A stretch of 20,000 nt of DNA from an uncultured virus (IMG/VR IMGVR_UViG_3300023096_000005) (taxonomy: Duplodnaviria > Heunggongvirae > Uroviricota > Caudoviricetes). Positions within the stretch are counted from its first letter, which is position 1, and the number at the start of each line of letters is the position of its first letter. Positions 1-7,980 of this stretch are shown here, piece after piece. The stretch lies in IMG/VR virus record IMGVR_UViG_3300023096_000005. One strand, 5' to 3'. The notes under the pieces were generated by a model, which made no database searches, had not been told where the DNA came from, and saw only the letters and a program-made list of their open reading frames with translations. The translations under genes were made by a program, and so were the position numbers.

Positions 1-806
1 AGTGCGTTCCACTTGCCCATGGCGTTGCGTGCGAATTCCTGCCGCTTCTTCCAGTCAGGTGCCGCATGCTGAGGAGCCTTGCGAAGGTTCTTCTCCTTGA
101 AGTCCTCTTCGAACTTGCGCAGACGGTAAGCGCGGTTCCATTCGTACCAGCCCCAGACAGAGGCGAGGCCGAAAATCAACTGCTGGATGGCTACGAAGTA
201 GAGCCCAGTCGTGAAGTAGAGAACGGTACCAGCACCGTTGACACCGATAATCCAGACCCACCAGTTCTCAAGCTTCTTCCGGTCAAGCAAGAACTGAGCG
301 GCGAGAGTGAAAATGAGGATAGCGGAGTCCCAGAAAGCGAAGGTGCCACCAAGGAGGCTTACAACGAGAACTGCACCACCGTAAGCGAGCGCGGTCACAA
401 GAGCGTAGACCGGGACCCACTTCCACTTCACGTGCTCAATCTTCAGCTTCGGATTGACGTCCTTGCCCCACATGTAGTAGCCGACGAAGAGAGCGATGGT
501 GAGGTAGGCGGAAAGACCAGCCGAAGCAAGAAGACTTGCCTGGAAGTAGGTCACGATGAACAGCGCGGATGCTGCGAACCCGATGAGGTAGAACGCACGG
601 CGGCGCTTCACGGACAGGTAGAAGCTGGCGTAGTTCAAGGCAGTCGCCCCGACCTCAAACCAGTTCACCTCTGCTGAAAGCCAGCCAAGGGATACGCCTA
701 CGACGTACGAGAGCGCTGTGAACGCCACTGCCAGAAGACCGGCAATGACGAAGTCATTACGGAGCCACGCAAGGCGGTCCTGCGATGGAAGGTAAGGAAT
801 GGTCAT
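1..806 (-). CDS. pnuC: PnuC-family nicotinamide riboside/vitamin transporter (3' end runs off the window)
   Basis: Not in the ORF track. My translation from ATG 806 is open to the left edge: MTIPYLPSQDRLAWLRNDFVIAGLLAVAFTALSYVVGVSLGWL...FYLSVKRRRAFYLIG...FWDSAILIFTLAAQFLLDRKKLENWWVWIIGVN...GWYEW. It has multiple hydrophobic segments and the PnuC-like D-S...AQ.L..RK..ENW..W motif. Confidence 0.85.
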   Translation of the reverse strand, partial: MTIPYLPSQDRLAWLRNDFVIAGLLAVAFTALSYVVGVSLGWLSAEVNWFEVGATALNYASFYLSVKRRRAFYLIGFAASALFIVTYFQASLLASAGLSAYLTIALFVGYYMWGKDVNPKLKIEHVKWKWVPVYALVTALAYGGAVLVVSLLGGTFAFWDSAILIFTLAAQFLLDRKKLENWWVWIIGVNGAGTVLYFTTGLYFVAIQQLIFGLASVWGWYEWNRAYRLRKFEEDFKEKNLRKAPQHAAPDWKKRQEFARNAMGKWNA

Positions 807-813
807 AGCTATA

Positions 814-842
814 GATATACGCTAATCCCACTCCCATGTCAA
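814..842 (-). promoter_or_regulatory. Putative SigA/sigma70 promoter, probably leaderless, for pnuC
   Basis: Minus strand reads TTGACA-N17-TATATC-N7-ATG(806), with no Shine-Dalgarno between the -10 and the ATG. Confidence 0.6.
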
Positions 843-1124
843 CTACAGAGTACGAATCCTCTTGTGGAAGTCACTGTGCTTGGCGATGTCGATGACACGA
901 GCGCCGCAGTCTTCGCACTTGAGGTCGCCGTCCGGTAGCTCCTCGTACAGACCTACGTCTACCGCGTCAACCTTGAGAACGGAATCCACCTTGTTCCGCC
1001 AGAACAAGAGGACAACTTCTTCTTTATAGCCCCAGAAGAACCCGAACTTCTCATCAATGGCATAGAACCAGCCATCGTCAAAGATGATTTCGGGATACGG
1101 GTAGCCCTTGTATGTATCAGACAT
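843..1124 (-). CDS. Hypothetical protein with C-terminal C2H2-like zinc finger
   Basis: 93 aa with CEDC...H-x3-H at the C-terminus; purine-rich AGAGGG immediately before the ATG; packed between neighbouring genes. Confidence 0.7.
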   Translation of the reverse strand: MSDTYKGYPYPEIIFDDGWFYAIDEKFGFFWGYKEEVVLLFWRNKVDSVLKVDAVDVGLYEELPDGDLKCEDCGARVIDIAKHSDFHKRIRTL

Positions 1125-1134
1125 CCCTCTGAGT

Positions 1135-2358
1135 TTACTTCACGAAGTTGGGTGCCATGACCATGAGAGAACCAATGAATGTATCTTCTGCTACGTAGAG
1201 AGGAGCCTGCTTAGTCTTGGTGGACTCGCCCAGCTTCAGCGTAATGTCACCGTTCAGGCACGCCAGGAACTCTAGGAAGTACTTGTGGTTCACTACAATG
1301 TCTTTTGCCTGAGCCGAGCCCTCGTATGAGGCCGGAATAGTCTCCTGAGAAGAATTTCCGTGCGTGTCTCTTGCTCTGACAGTGAGACTCCAGGAACCTG
1401 CGATTGTACGAAGAGACAGGAACAGCGCAGAATAGTCAGGGTCAGCGTTGACACGAACCCTACGTACCGCGCCGATAAGGTCATCTACGTTGAGGTGCAG
1501 GCTTTCCTCATTAGAGAGCGCTGGACCGAGAACTAGATGCTCTACCGCCGGGTAGTCGAAGTTGAGTCGCTGACCCATGAGGATGTTCCTACCGAAGTGG
1601 AACACGACCGTACTGTGGTCTGAGCCGAACTGTACGTACTCTTCTTGGTGCGCTTTAAGCTCCTTGATAGCTGTTTCAAGAAACCTTAGAGGGATAGTGG
1701 TACTCAGACCCTTAGGAAGGTCGTCTACCCTCACACGATGAGCCCTCACGCCATCGCAGGAAGTGATAAAGCCCTTAGCCACCTCTGCCTGCATCAAGGA
1801 CTGGCGCGCAGTGGTCTTAGCCACGGCTGGGTAGACAAGCTCCAGTGCTTGCAGCAACCCAGCCGTAGCCAGCGTGTGAAGTGTGATGTTCTCAGTAGAG
1901 GCGAACGACGGCAAGGCGTACTCAGTGGGAGGAGTGCTGACCGTCCAGATTGCACGTCCAGAACGAATGGTGGCACTTGTTCCAACCACATCCAGGCGAA
2001 TCTCATCCTCCAATGCCAACTTCAGAATGTCGGCTACCTTCTTGCCCGGAATGAGAACAGAGCCTGACATCCGAACTGTGAAGCTGTCATCCAAGACAGC
2101 AATAGCTCGTTCGCCATCCGTCGCAGAAACCTGTACGTAAGAGACATTCTTGGAAGTCTGGTCAAAAGCTTCTAGAAGAACGTAACCCGTATTGGGAATG
2201 ATTTCCTTGAGAGGAGTTACAGAGTTAGCACTGCTGAAAAGACTGGCGAGCGCAGAAGCACTGCCGGTAATAGAAAGGCGTGCGTCAACAGGAAGGATTT
2301 CCGGGACCAATTCACGCTCTTCACTTTCCATATCACGAAGAGCAAGTAGGTCGTTCAT
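1135..2358 (-). CDS. dnaN: DNA polymerase III beta sliding clamp
   Basis: 407 aa. Clamp-like segments: VSATDGE, GSVLIPGKKVADILK, TSCDGVRAH (ATDG.RL equivalent), FDYPAV, IVVNHKYFLEFL and C-terminal LMVMAP. Confidence 0.9.
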   Translation of the reverse strand: MNDLLALRDMESEERELVPEILPVDARLSITGSASALASLFSSANSVTPLKEIIPNTGYVLLEAFDQTSKNVSYVQVSATDGERAIAVLDDSFTVRMSGSVLIPGKKVADILKLALEDEIRLDVVGTSATIRSGRAIWTVSTPPTEYALPSFASTENITLHTLATAGLLQALELVYPAVAKTTARQSLMQAEVAKGFITSCDGVRAHRVRVDDLPKGLSTTIPLRFLETAIKELKAHQEEYVQFGSDHSTVVFHFGRNILMGQRLNFDYPAVEHLVLGPALSNEESLHLNVDDLIGAVRRVRVNADPDYSALFLSLRTIAGSWSLTVRARDTHGNSSQETIPASYEGSAQAKDIVVNHKYFLEFLACLNGDITLKLGESTKTKQAPLYVAEDTFIGSLMVMAPNFVK

Positions 2359-2606
2359 CAGCTATCCAGTTTCTCCATTGTGGTTTCCAGCGAGGAAATC
2401 TCTTTCGTAAGCTCTGCCCGCAGTTGTTCCAGAGTTTGCTTGCCCGCTGCCTCAGACTCCACTTGAAACTCTTCTACCAGAGCTTTCAAGGCGGCTTCCT
2501 TCTGCTTTCTCGCTTCTTCTCTAGCGACTTCAGCCTTAGCTTCTTCTTGATTCAGCCTGGCAATGTTAGAGCGAAGCTGGGCAATGCGCTGTTCGTCTGT
2601 CTCCAT
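2358..2606 (-). CDS. Small coiled-coil protein (possible accessory piece of a split Rad50/SbcC)
   Basis: 82 aa, almost entirely heptad-like E/K/A/L/Q-rich helix; strong AGGAG RBS; TGATG overlap with dnaN. Confidence 0.75.
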   Translation of the reverse strand: METDEQRIAQLRSNIARLNQEEAKAEVAREEARKQKEAALKALVEEFQVESEAAGKQTLEQLRAELTKEISSLETTMEKLDS

Positions 2607-2622
2607 GACACTCCTATACGGC

Positions 2623-3432
2623 TCAGAAGAGATTTACGCGACCGTTGACCGGTGAGAAGCGCGAGCACGCGTGCTTGACGTTGCAGAAGGTGCAGGCACT
2701 CAGCGGCGCGTCAGGTTCAAAATTCTCTAGCCAGATGTCCTCAGCCATAGTGGTCACATGTTTGAGCAAAATGCCACGCTCGTCATCGCCAAGTTCGAAC
2801 ATACGTTCGGTTTCATCACAGAGAGGCTGAAGAAGTCCTACCTCAAAGGTGGGATTCTCGAACATCGTGTCTACTGCGAGGTCATAGAAGGATAGCTGAC
2901 CCCGAGTCTTCTTCCAGTAGGAATTGTCCTTGGTATGCTTCACGTCGTATACAGCCCACTTATCCGGCTCTCGACGCACAATGATGTCCATGAAGCCGAT
3001 GAGAACGACCGTCTCTTGATGACCAGCAGGGTGTGGTAGCCGAATCGGAGCCTTGAATCCAAAGTCAACATCATACTCGTAAGGCAGGACAAGACGCTCC
3101 AGGCTAGGTTCAATCTTCTTGACGGCTAGCTGGCAGTCGCGGATGATGCTGTCACGGTCGTTTGCATCCTTCCACCTAAGCTGCTTGCCCTCTTTCTCGA
3201 TATTCTCCTGCTCACGCATGACGACAGACTCCACCATTTCAGGCATGAGTCCTGCGTTCTCGTACGGGTTGTCAGCTAGCCAATCCCGCACAACACGGTC
3301 AGTTACAGTGCCAGGGAAGAAGACTCGCTGATTCTCCATTGAAGCTTGCTTGCCGGTTCGCTGAAGGTGACCCTTCTGCTTACACTCCATATGGGAGCGC
3401 AGTCTGGACCAGCTAATACGTAGTTCCTTCAT
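2623..3432 (-). CDS. Cas4/AddB/RecB-like PD-(D/E)XK exonuclease with probable Fe-S cluster
   Basis: Start reassigned to ATG 3432 (MKELRISWSRLRSHMEC) to avoid overlapping whiB. Motifs: SWS...C, GFMDIIV, VYDVKH, QLSFY and C-terminal CTFC-x5-C. Confidence 0.85.
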   Translation of the reverse strand: MKELRISWSRLRSHMECKQKGHLQRTGKQASMENQRVFFPGTVTDRVVRDWLADNPYENAGLMPEMVESVVMREQENIEKEGKQLRWKDANDRDSIIRDCQLAVKKIEPSLERLVLPYEYDVDFGFKAPIRLPHPAGHQETVVLIGFMDIIVRREPDKWAVYDVKHTKDNSYWKKTRGQLSFYDLAVDTMFENPTFEVGLLQPLCDETERMFELGDDERGILLKHVTTMAEDIWLENFEPDAPLSACTFCNVKHACSRFSPVNGRVNLF

Positions 3433-3445
3433 GCGTCCACACTTC

Positions 3446-3820
3446 TCACAACTCGACCGAGCCAACTTGCACCCTCTTACGAACCCTAGCGCGGAGGCCG
3501 AATTCATTGAAAATGACCCTAGCGTCCGAGTTAGAGACATTTCCGTTCTCAAAACGGAAGCCAGCACGGACGCCATCTGCCTCATTATCAGACAACGCGT
3601 CCCGCAAGCACTTTTCGCGAACCGGGCACGCAGTATTGCAGATGCTCTTAGCCAACGCTTCCGAGGGGTCGGGCTCATACTTGGGAGTTTCCCAAGTGCC
3701 TACGTCTACGTTATCCCATGCCTTCTTCAAATTCGCGTCTTGACTGACAGCCGAAAGGCACAGCGCATCGTCCCTCCACAAGTCATTGAACTTGGTCTTG
3801 GTTGGCTTCTTCTTACTCAC
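3446..3820 (-). CDS. whiB: WhiB-family transcription factor
   Basis: WRDDALC...AKSICNTACPVREKCL...GVRAG: four conserved Cys and a variant of the G[VI]WGG turn; basic C-terminus. Confidence 0.85.
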   Translation of the reverse strand: MSKKKPTKTKFNDLWRDDALCLSAVSQDANLKKAWDNVDVGTWETPKYEPDPSEALAKSICNTACPVREKCLRDALSDNEADGVRAGFRFENGNVSNSDARVIFNEFGLRARVRKRVQVGSVEL

Positions 3821-4851
3821 TGAGCTACCTCTTCCAGAAGTTCGATGCTGGTGTGCTTTACCGTCTCTTCAATGTCCATACGCCTCACGTGGTCGATAAT
3901 AGAGCCTGTAGAGGAAATGTCCAAAGTAGCACTGCCCACTTCGGCCAGGAAGCTATCCAAGTCCATCTTGATTTCCTTCTTCTCATTTGCCTCAGCGAGC
4001 TTAAATACCTCACTAGCGGGACGGTGAGGAATGTCAATGGGATTGAATCCGTGTTCAGGTGTCCAAATAGCTACCTGAATCTTTCGTGCCAAGTTGTATT
4101 CAACTAGTGAACCTCGGGAAATAGCCCCCATATTGGCAAATTCCACTCCATCAACGCTGAATTTGTAGTGAGGTTCATGAATGTGGCCGTAGTACAGGTA
4201 ACCCTCATTGCCCATAGCGGCAGAGATTTCGTTGACATTAAGTAGGTCGAACATTACGTTGTCAGCAACGGTAGGTGGATAGATGGGAGCGTGTGTCACA
4301 ACTAGACCCGGAACGCTGAACGTGTCATAGTCAGCCTCTCTCCAGTCCCGGAACGCCTCTTCGACGGTTCCAGGAGAGAGCCAGCGCTGCTGCCAAGGCA
4401 CGCCAAAGATGGGAAGAGTGGGGTGCCAACCATCAAGCTCTTGCAACACACCTGTGGCGTACATGACGCCCAAAGGCTGGTTCTCCAGAGAATCCAGACG
4501 GTCACTGGTGATGTCGTGGTTGCCTGTCACAACAAGAGGAGGTCGTTGGTAGGACTGAGCAACCTTTGTCAGCTTCCCTACGAGCTTGTGGCTCGTTCTA
4601 GAGGGTTGCTTGTGGTTGAACACATCGCCAGCCCAAACGACAGCATCCACCTTTAGAGCGGCTTCCAGCTTGCCTACGAACGTGAGCATTTCTAGAATGT
4701 CGTCCGTGTACGATTCCGTACAAGAGGCAGGAGGTCGGTCTGAAAGGTGGATGTCGCCTACGCAGATGACGCGAACAGAGGATTCAGCAACGAGCGCCTT
4801 TAGCTCACTGCTCGTCAGTCCTGGATGCTGCGGGACGTTGGTGCTGCTCAC
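3817..4851 (-). CDS. Mre11/SbcD-like metallophosphoesterase nuclease
   Basis: Five phosphoesterase motifs: GDIH, AGDVF, GNHD, VTHA, YGHIH. GAGG RBS before the GTG start. Confidence 0.9.
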   Translation of the reverse strand: MSSTNVPQHPGLTSSELKALVAESSVRVICVGDIHLSDRPPASCTESYTDDILEMLTFVGKLEAALKVDAVVWAGDVFNHKQPSRTSHKLVGKLTKVAQSYQRPPLVVTGNHDITSDRLDSLENQPLGVMYATGVLQELDGWHPTLPIFGVPWQQRWLSPGTVEEAFRDWREADYDTFSVPGLVVTHAPIYPPTVADNVMFDLLNVNEISAAMGNEGYLYYGHIHEPHYKFSVDGVEFANMGAISRGSLVEYNLARKIQVAIWTPEHGFNPIDIPHRPASEVFKLAEANEKKEIKMDLDSFLAEVGSATLDISSTGSIIDHVRRMDIEETVKHTSIELLEEVAQ

Positions 4852-5182
4852 TGATTACCTCAATGCTTGTCGTGCCAGTATGGGTCGAATGATGACCTTG
4901 TACGCCTCTGATGTGATACTGGCGAATCTCAGAAATGAGTTCAGCGACATGCGACTGAGCTACCTGCCAGTCACGAGGAGGGGTACTGTTCTGAAATTTG
5001 GGCATCTGCTGAGCTTCATGCAGAGTTTGAGCCCACGTCTCCAGAATGAGAATAATCTCTTCGACTACGGCAGACTGAACGTTGCTGACGATGTAATCGA
5101 ACACCGAACCGCCACGGCTTGTCAAGACGTGGTTTGGAAAGCGTTCTTTGCACAGAGCTTCAAAGTCGCCGTAATCTTCCAT
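4805..5182 (-). CDS. Hypothetical protein
   Basis: 125 aa, GGAGG RBS, same strand as its neighbours; 47-nt overlap with the Mre11-like gene. Confidence 0.65.
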   Translation of the reverse strand: MEDYGDFEALCKERFPNHVLTSRGGSVFDYIVSNVQSAVVEEIILILETWAQTLHEAQQMPKFQNSTPPRDWQVAQSHVAELISEIRQYHIRGVQGHHSTHTGTTSIEVISEQHQRPAASRTDEQ

Positions 5183-5224
5183 GTGTGTATACCCCTCCTC
5201 CAGGGTACTACGTTGTGCTGTGAG

Positions 5225-5758
5225 TTACACGAGCGCAGTCTTCAGTTCGGCATCGAACATAGCTTCAGCCAGCTTCTTCGAGCGGGACTTGAACTTCTTG
5301 GAAACCTCGAATCCGTTCACGGTGCGCTTGATGGTGAAATCGCGCTCACGTCCAGGAATGCCCAGGCTGTCGCACAGGCTGTCGTAGGTCTGGCAGTGTC
5401 CTGCCTTAGTAGCGAGCTTGCCCGCATCCTCCCAGAGCCACGCAAGGCGCGGGTCGTCCGGGGAAATCATGCCCTCGGGAACCTGACCAAGCTTGCGAGG
5501 AACAGGGCGGTTGGGGTCCAGTCCTCCCAGATGAGCGGCGGCATCCTCCACTCCCAGAGGGATGGTAACGAACTCAGAATCCCAAGCTCCTGCACCCTTG
5601 CGAGGTCCACGAACCCACACGGATGAAGGACCAACCTTGGAAAGAGAAACTTCTGAGCCTGCTTCGATGGTTGCACGACCATAGCCACCGTTACCGATGT
5701 AGTTGCCGGTGAGGTCTTTCAGAAGAGTGAACGTATCACGCACGTTGAAATCAGTCAT
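5225..5758 (-). CDS. Hypothetical protein (likely early, leaderless)
   Basis: Start reassigned to ATG 5758 (MTDFNVRDTF), 6 nt downstream of a near-consensus -10; 177 aa. Confidence 0.75.
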   Translation of the reverse strand: MTDFNVRDTFTLLKDLTGNYIGNGGYGRATIEAGSEVSLSKVGPSSVWVRGPRKGAGAWDSEFVTIPLGVEDAAAHLGGLDPNRPVPRKLGQVPEGMISPDDPRLAWLWEDAGKLATKAGHCQTYDSLCDSLGIPGRERDFTIKRTVNGFEVSKKFKSRSKKLAEAMFDAELKTALV

Positions 5759-5764
5759 GGACAC

Positions 5765-5793
5765 ACTGTACGTCCGATAGCGCCAAGTGTCAA
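5765..5793 (-). promoter_or_regulatory. SigA/sigma70 promoter driving the leftward operon
   Basis: Minus strand reads TTGACA-N17-TACAGT-N6-ATG(5758), with an AT-rich tract upstream of the -35. Confidence 0.8.
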
Positions 5794-5816
5794 ATAATGA
5801 TGTAGACTCTTCCTTG

Positions 5817-5856
5817 GCCCCGGCAAGCACCCCCCGCTTCTGCCGGGGCTTTCTCT
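5817..5856 (+). terminator. Rho-independent terminator-like hairpin
   Basis: GCCCCGGCA (5817-5825) pairs with TGCCGGGGC (5841-5849); inner AGC/GCT stem around an ACCCCCC loop; followed by TTTCTCT. Confidence 0.7.
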
Positions 5857-6149
5857 ATGTGCGCCACAGACTCCGATTCGGGTGTACATTCAATCTTGCC
5901 GTAGGCGGGGGCTGTCTGAAAAGACTCCAGTCACTCCGAAGATGACGACCACTCCATGTTGAGGACATCATCTTGGGTCTGGATGCTTCCTATCCCGATA
6001 CAGGCCAAAGTCAGCGTCGATTTTGGTTCGTGGGGGTAGGGGGCATTATCCAGTATCCAAGAATCAAACATCCTGTTGAGAACATGAAGTTCTTCTCACA
6101 CGCGCGTGGCATGCGTGCGAGCGCCTACCTGTGGGGCGTATAAGGGGTC

Positions 6150-6362
6150 ATGACATTCAAAGAGAACAAGGTTACTCAGGGCACTCTTGTGGGCCGGGGT
6201 ACTGTCGCTGACCTCATCCGTGATTTGCAGTCCATTCCCGCTGATGCGTATGTGGAGGGGTCGGTGGATGCTGATGTTTACACAGAGAAACAAGTAACCG
6301 GACCTGATGTAGTCCACAACGTGTTGGATTGGGATTTTGAAGTGAGTTGGAGCGAAAGATGA
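6150..6362 (+). CDS. Hypothetical protein
   Basis: 70 aa, first rightward gene; AAGGGG RBS; ATGA overlap with the next gene. Confidence 0.7.
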   Translation: MTFKENKVTQGTLVGRGTVADLIRDLQSIPADAYVEGSVDADVYTEKQVTGPDVVHNVLDWDFEVSWSER

Positions 6363-6634
6363 GTGAGCAGTGGAAGAATCCTGAGACTGTTCAGGAGACG
6401 ATTGTTGCTCTTCGCGGGGAAGCGGAAAGTTGGCGGCAAGATGTGGGCGAAATGCCTATGTTTGATGATGCGGCGAACTGGCTGGAGAAGGCTCGTGTCC
6501 TTATCAGAGACTTGGTAGACGAGGACGACTGCTGGTTTGACCATCACGGCGGATGTCAGGCTCATGGCTACCTCAGTTTGGAGCCGGGTCAACTGTGTCC
6601 TCACGCTGAGGCCAAGAAGGAATGGTTGAGCTGA
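6359..6634 (+). CDS. Hypothetical protein with Cys/His metal-binding motif
   Basis: ATG 6359 overlaps the previous stop; motif DDCWFDHHGGCQAHG...CPH. Confidence 0.75.
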   Translation: MSEQWKNPETVQETIVALRGEAESWRQDVGEMPMFDDAANWLEKARVLIRDLVDEDDCWFDHHGGCQAHGYLSLEPGQLCPHAEAKKEWLS

Positions 6635-6771
6635 TGGGTGTTAAGTGGCTCACGGGTATTCTCAGTCTGGTGCCCATGCTGACGTTCGTTACCGCGTTTG
6701 TGTGGAGTGCTACCGGGATGAATCCCATTCAGCAGATGTTTGCAGAGCATAAGAAGGATAAAGATGAGTAG
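6634..6771 (+). CDS. Small membrane protein (45 aa)
   Basis: Below the ORF-track cutoff. MGVKWLTGILSLVPMLTFVTAFVWSATGMNPIQQMFAEHKKDKDE has one hydrophobic helix; TGATG coupling fills the gap exactly. Confidence 0.65.
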   Translation: MGVKWLTGILSLVPMLTFVTAFVWSATGMNPIQQMFAEHKKDKDE

Positions 6772-7126
6772 GCCAATTATTGATGAAGATGAGCGTTTCA
6801 TCATTGTCAGCCCAACTCTGTTCCATACGACGCTGGAGCGTTTTCTCGTTCTTCCTGTCATTGAGGATGAAGAAGGCAACGGCGTTTGGGGCTTCGGACA
6901 TTGGGACAAGAAGCTCTTTGCTTGGATGGTAAACACTTACGACCGTCACCTTACGGGCGGAAGCGAGTGGGAAACCTACAAGAAGAAGAGTGTGGAGCAC
7001 ATTTACGCATACGGCTACAAGCATGTAGACCGGATTCATGAGGATTACTTCAACTGGCACCGGGTAGATGGTGAACCAGATTTGGAAGACCCATTCCTCT
7101 TCAAGATGACGAAGGTAAGCCGTTGA
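6764..7126 (+). CDS. Hypothetical protein
   Basis: 120 aa from ATG 6764 (MSRPIIDED) with an AAGGA RBS; overlaps both flanking genes. Confidence 0.7.
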   Translation: MSRPIIDEDERFIIVSPTLFHTTLERFLVLPVIEDEEGNGVWGFGHWDKKLFAWMVNTYDRHLTGGSEWETYKKKSVEHIYAYGYKHVDRIHEDYFNWHRVDGEPDLEDPFLFKMTKVSR

Positions 7127-7770
7127 TTCTCGCAGACGTTGAGACACGGCTGAGGATGCGCCGTCGAGAGCTTGAAGAGCGTCAGGTTGAGGCACGACTG
7201 GTTCTTACGAGAGCCAAGGAAGTCAAGGCTGAGATTGAGCGTCTTCAGGTAGAGATTGTGACTCTGGAGAAGAGCGGCATGGTTCTCAACTCCATTGGTG
7301 AGGAGCGTCAGATTCGGGCTCAGGACACCATTGAGCAGTTGGTCACTCGTGGACTCCAGCAAATCTTCGATGACTCTCTGAGCTTTCACATCGTGCAGAC
7401 GGTTAAGGCTAAGGCCGCGTCTGTGGAGTTCGTGGTTCGTACGACGCTCAGTGGTGGCGGGGTCGTAGATACACCCGTCATGGACGCTCGTGGTGGCGGT
7501 CTTGCTGCAACTATCGGGTTCCTTCTTCGCGTTGTCATCCTTCTTCTGAAGAACGGTCAGGACAAGGACAATATCCTGATTCTGGATGAGACATTCGCTC
7601 ACGTATCTGAGGAATACCTGGAAGGCATGGGTGAGTTCGTCCGGGAACTGGTGGAGAAGACAGGTATTCAGGTGCTCATGGTTACGCACCAGCCTGTTTT
7701 CATTGACTATGCCGATGCGGCATACAAGTTCGCTGCGGTAGACGGTAAGACAAAGGTGGAAGCACTGTGA
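7123..7770 (+). CDS. Rad50/SbcC-like ABC ATPase, C-terminal half only
   Basis: N-terminal coiled coil, then signature-like ARGGG, Walker B ILILDE, D-loop variant FAHVS and H-loop VTH. No Walker A in this ORF. Confidence 0.85.
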   Translation: MILADVETRLRMRRRELEERQVEARLVLTRAKEVKAEIERLQVEIVTLEKSGMVLNSIGEERQIRAQDTIEQLVTRGLQQIFDDSLSFHIVQTVKAKAASVEFVVRTTLSGGGVVDTPVMDARGGGLAATIGFLLRVVILLLKNGQDKDNILILDETFAHVSEEYLEGMGEFVRELVEKTGIQVLMVTHQPVFIDYADAAYKFAAVDGKTKVEAL

Positions 7771-7934
7771 AGTTCACACGCCGCACATACAAGAAAGCTC
7801 GCCAGAGGGCAGTAGACCGTCTTCTGCTAGTAAACCTTGGTGTGGACACGACGATGACTTTCGAGCAGGCTTATTCTCGCGCTAAGGCAATTGTTGCTCG
7901 GGGCCGACGTGAAAAGCGTCTTTGGCCCGTATAG
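7767..7934 (+). CDS. Small basic hypothetical protein (55 aa)
   Basis: GTGA overlap with the upstream stop; MKFTRRTYKKARQRAVDRLLLVNLGVDTTMTFEQAYSRAKAIVARGRREKRLWPV. Confidence 0.6.
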   Translation: MKFTRRTYKKARQRAVDRLLLVNLGVDTTMTFEQAYSRAKAIVARGRREKRLWPV

Positions 7935-7980
7935 GTATGTAACGCACATTTCTACGCGAAAGAGCATTATTGTGGACGTT

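Noticed and set aside
66..677. 203-aa plus-strand ORF
   Set aside because: Antisense shadow of pnuC; no recognisable motifs.
2623..3432. CRISPR-Cas system suggested by the Cas4-like gene
   Set aside because: No repeat-spacer array or other cas genes seen; solo Cas4-like nucleases are common in phages.
3433..3678. N-terminal extension of the nuclease ORF given in the track
   Set aside because: It overlaps whiB in another frame; the family-like sequence begins at ATG 3432.
4586..5626. 346-aa plus-strand ORF
   Set aside because: Antisense to three well-supported minus-strand genes; no motif or convincing RBS.
5759..5830. Upstream extension of the 5225 ORF
   Set aside because: It spans the promoter and hairpin; ATG 5758 fits a leaderless start.
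5857..6149. tRNA gene or small CDS in the intergenic gap
   Set aside because: No cloverleaf with a T-loop consensus recognised; only short ORFs (up to ~46 aa found by hand) without clear support.
6764..7126. Possible frameshifted N-terminal half of Rad50
   Set aside because: No Walker A or coiled coil is visible in the upstream genes, which look like independent coupled ORFs.
7045..7689. 214-aa minus-strand ORF
   Set aside because: Shadow of the Rad50 C-terminal-half gene.
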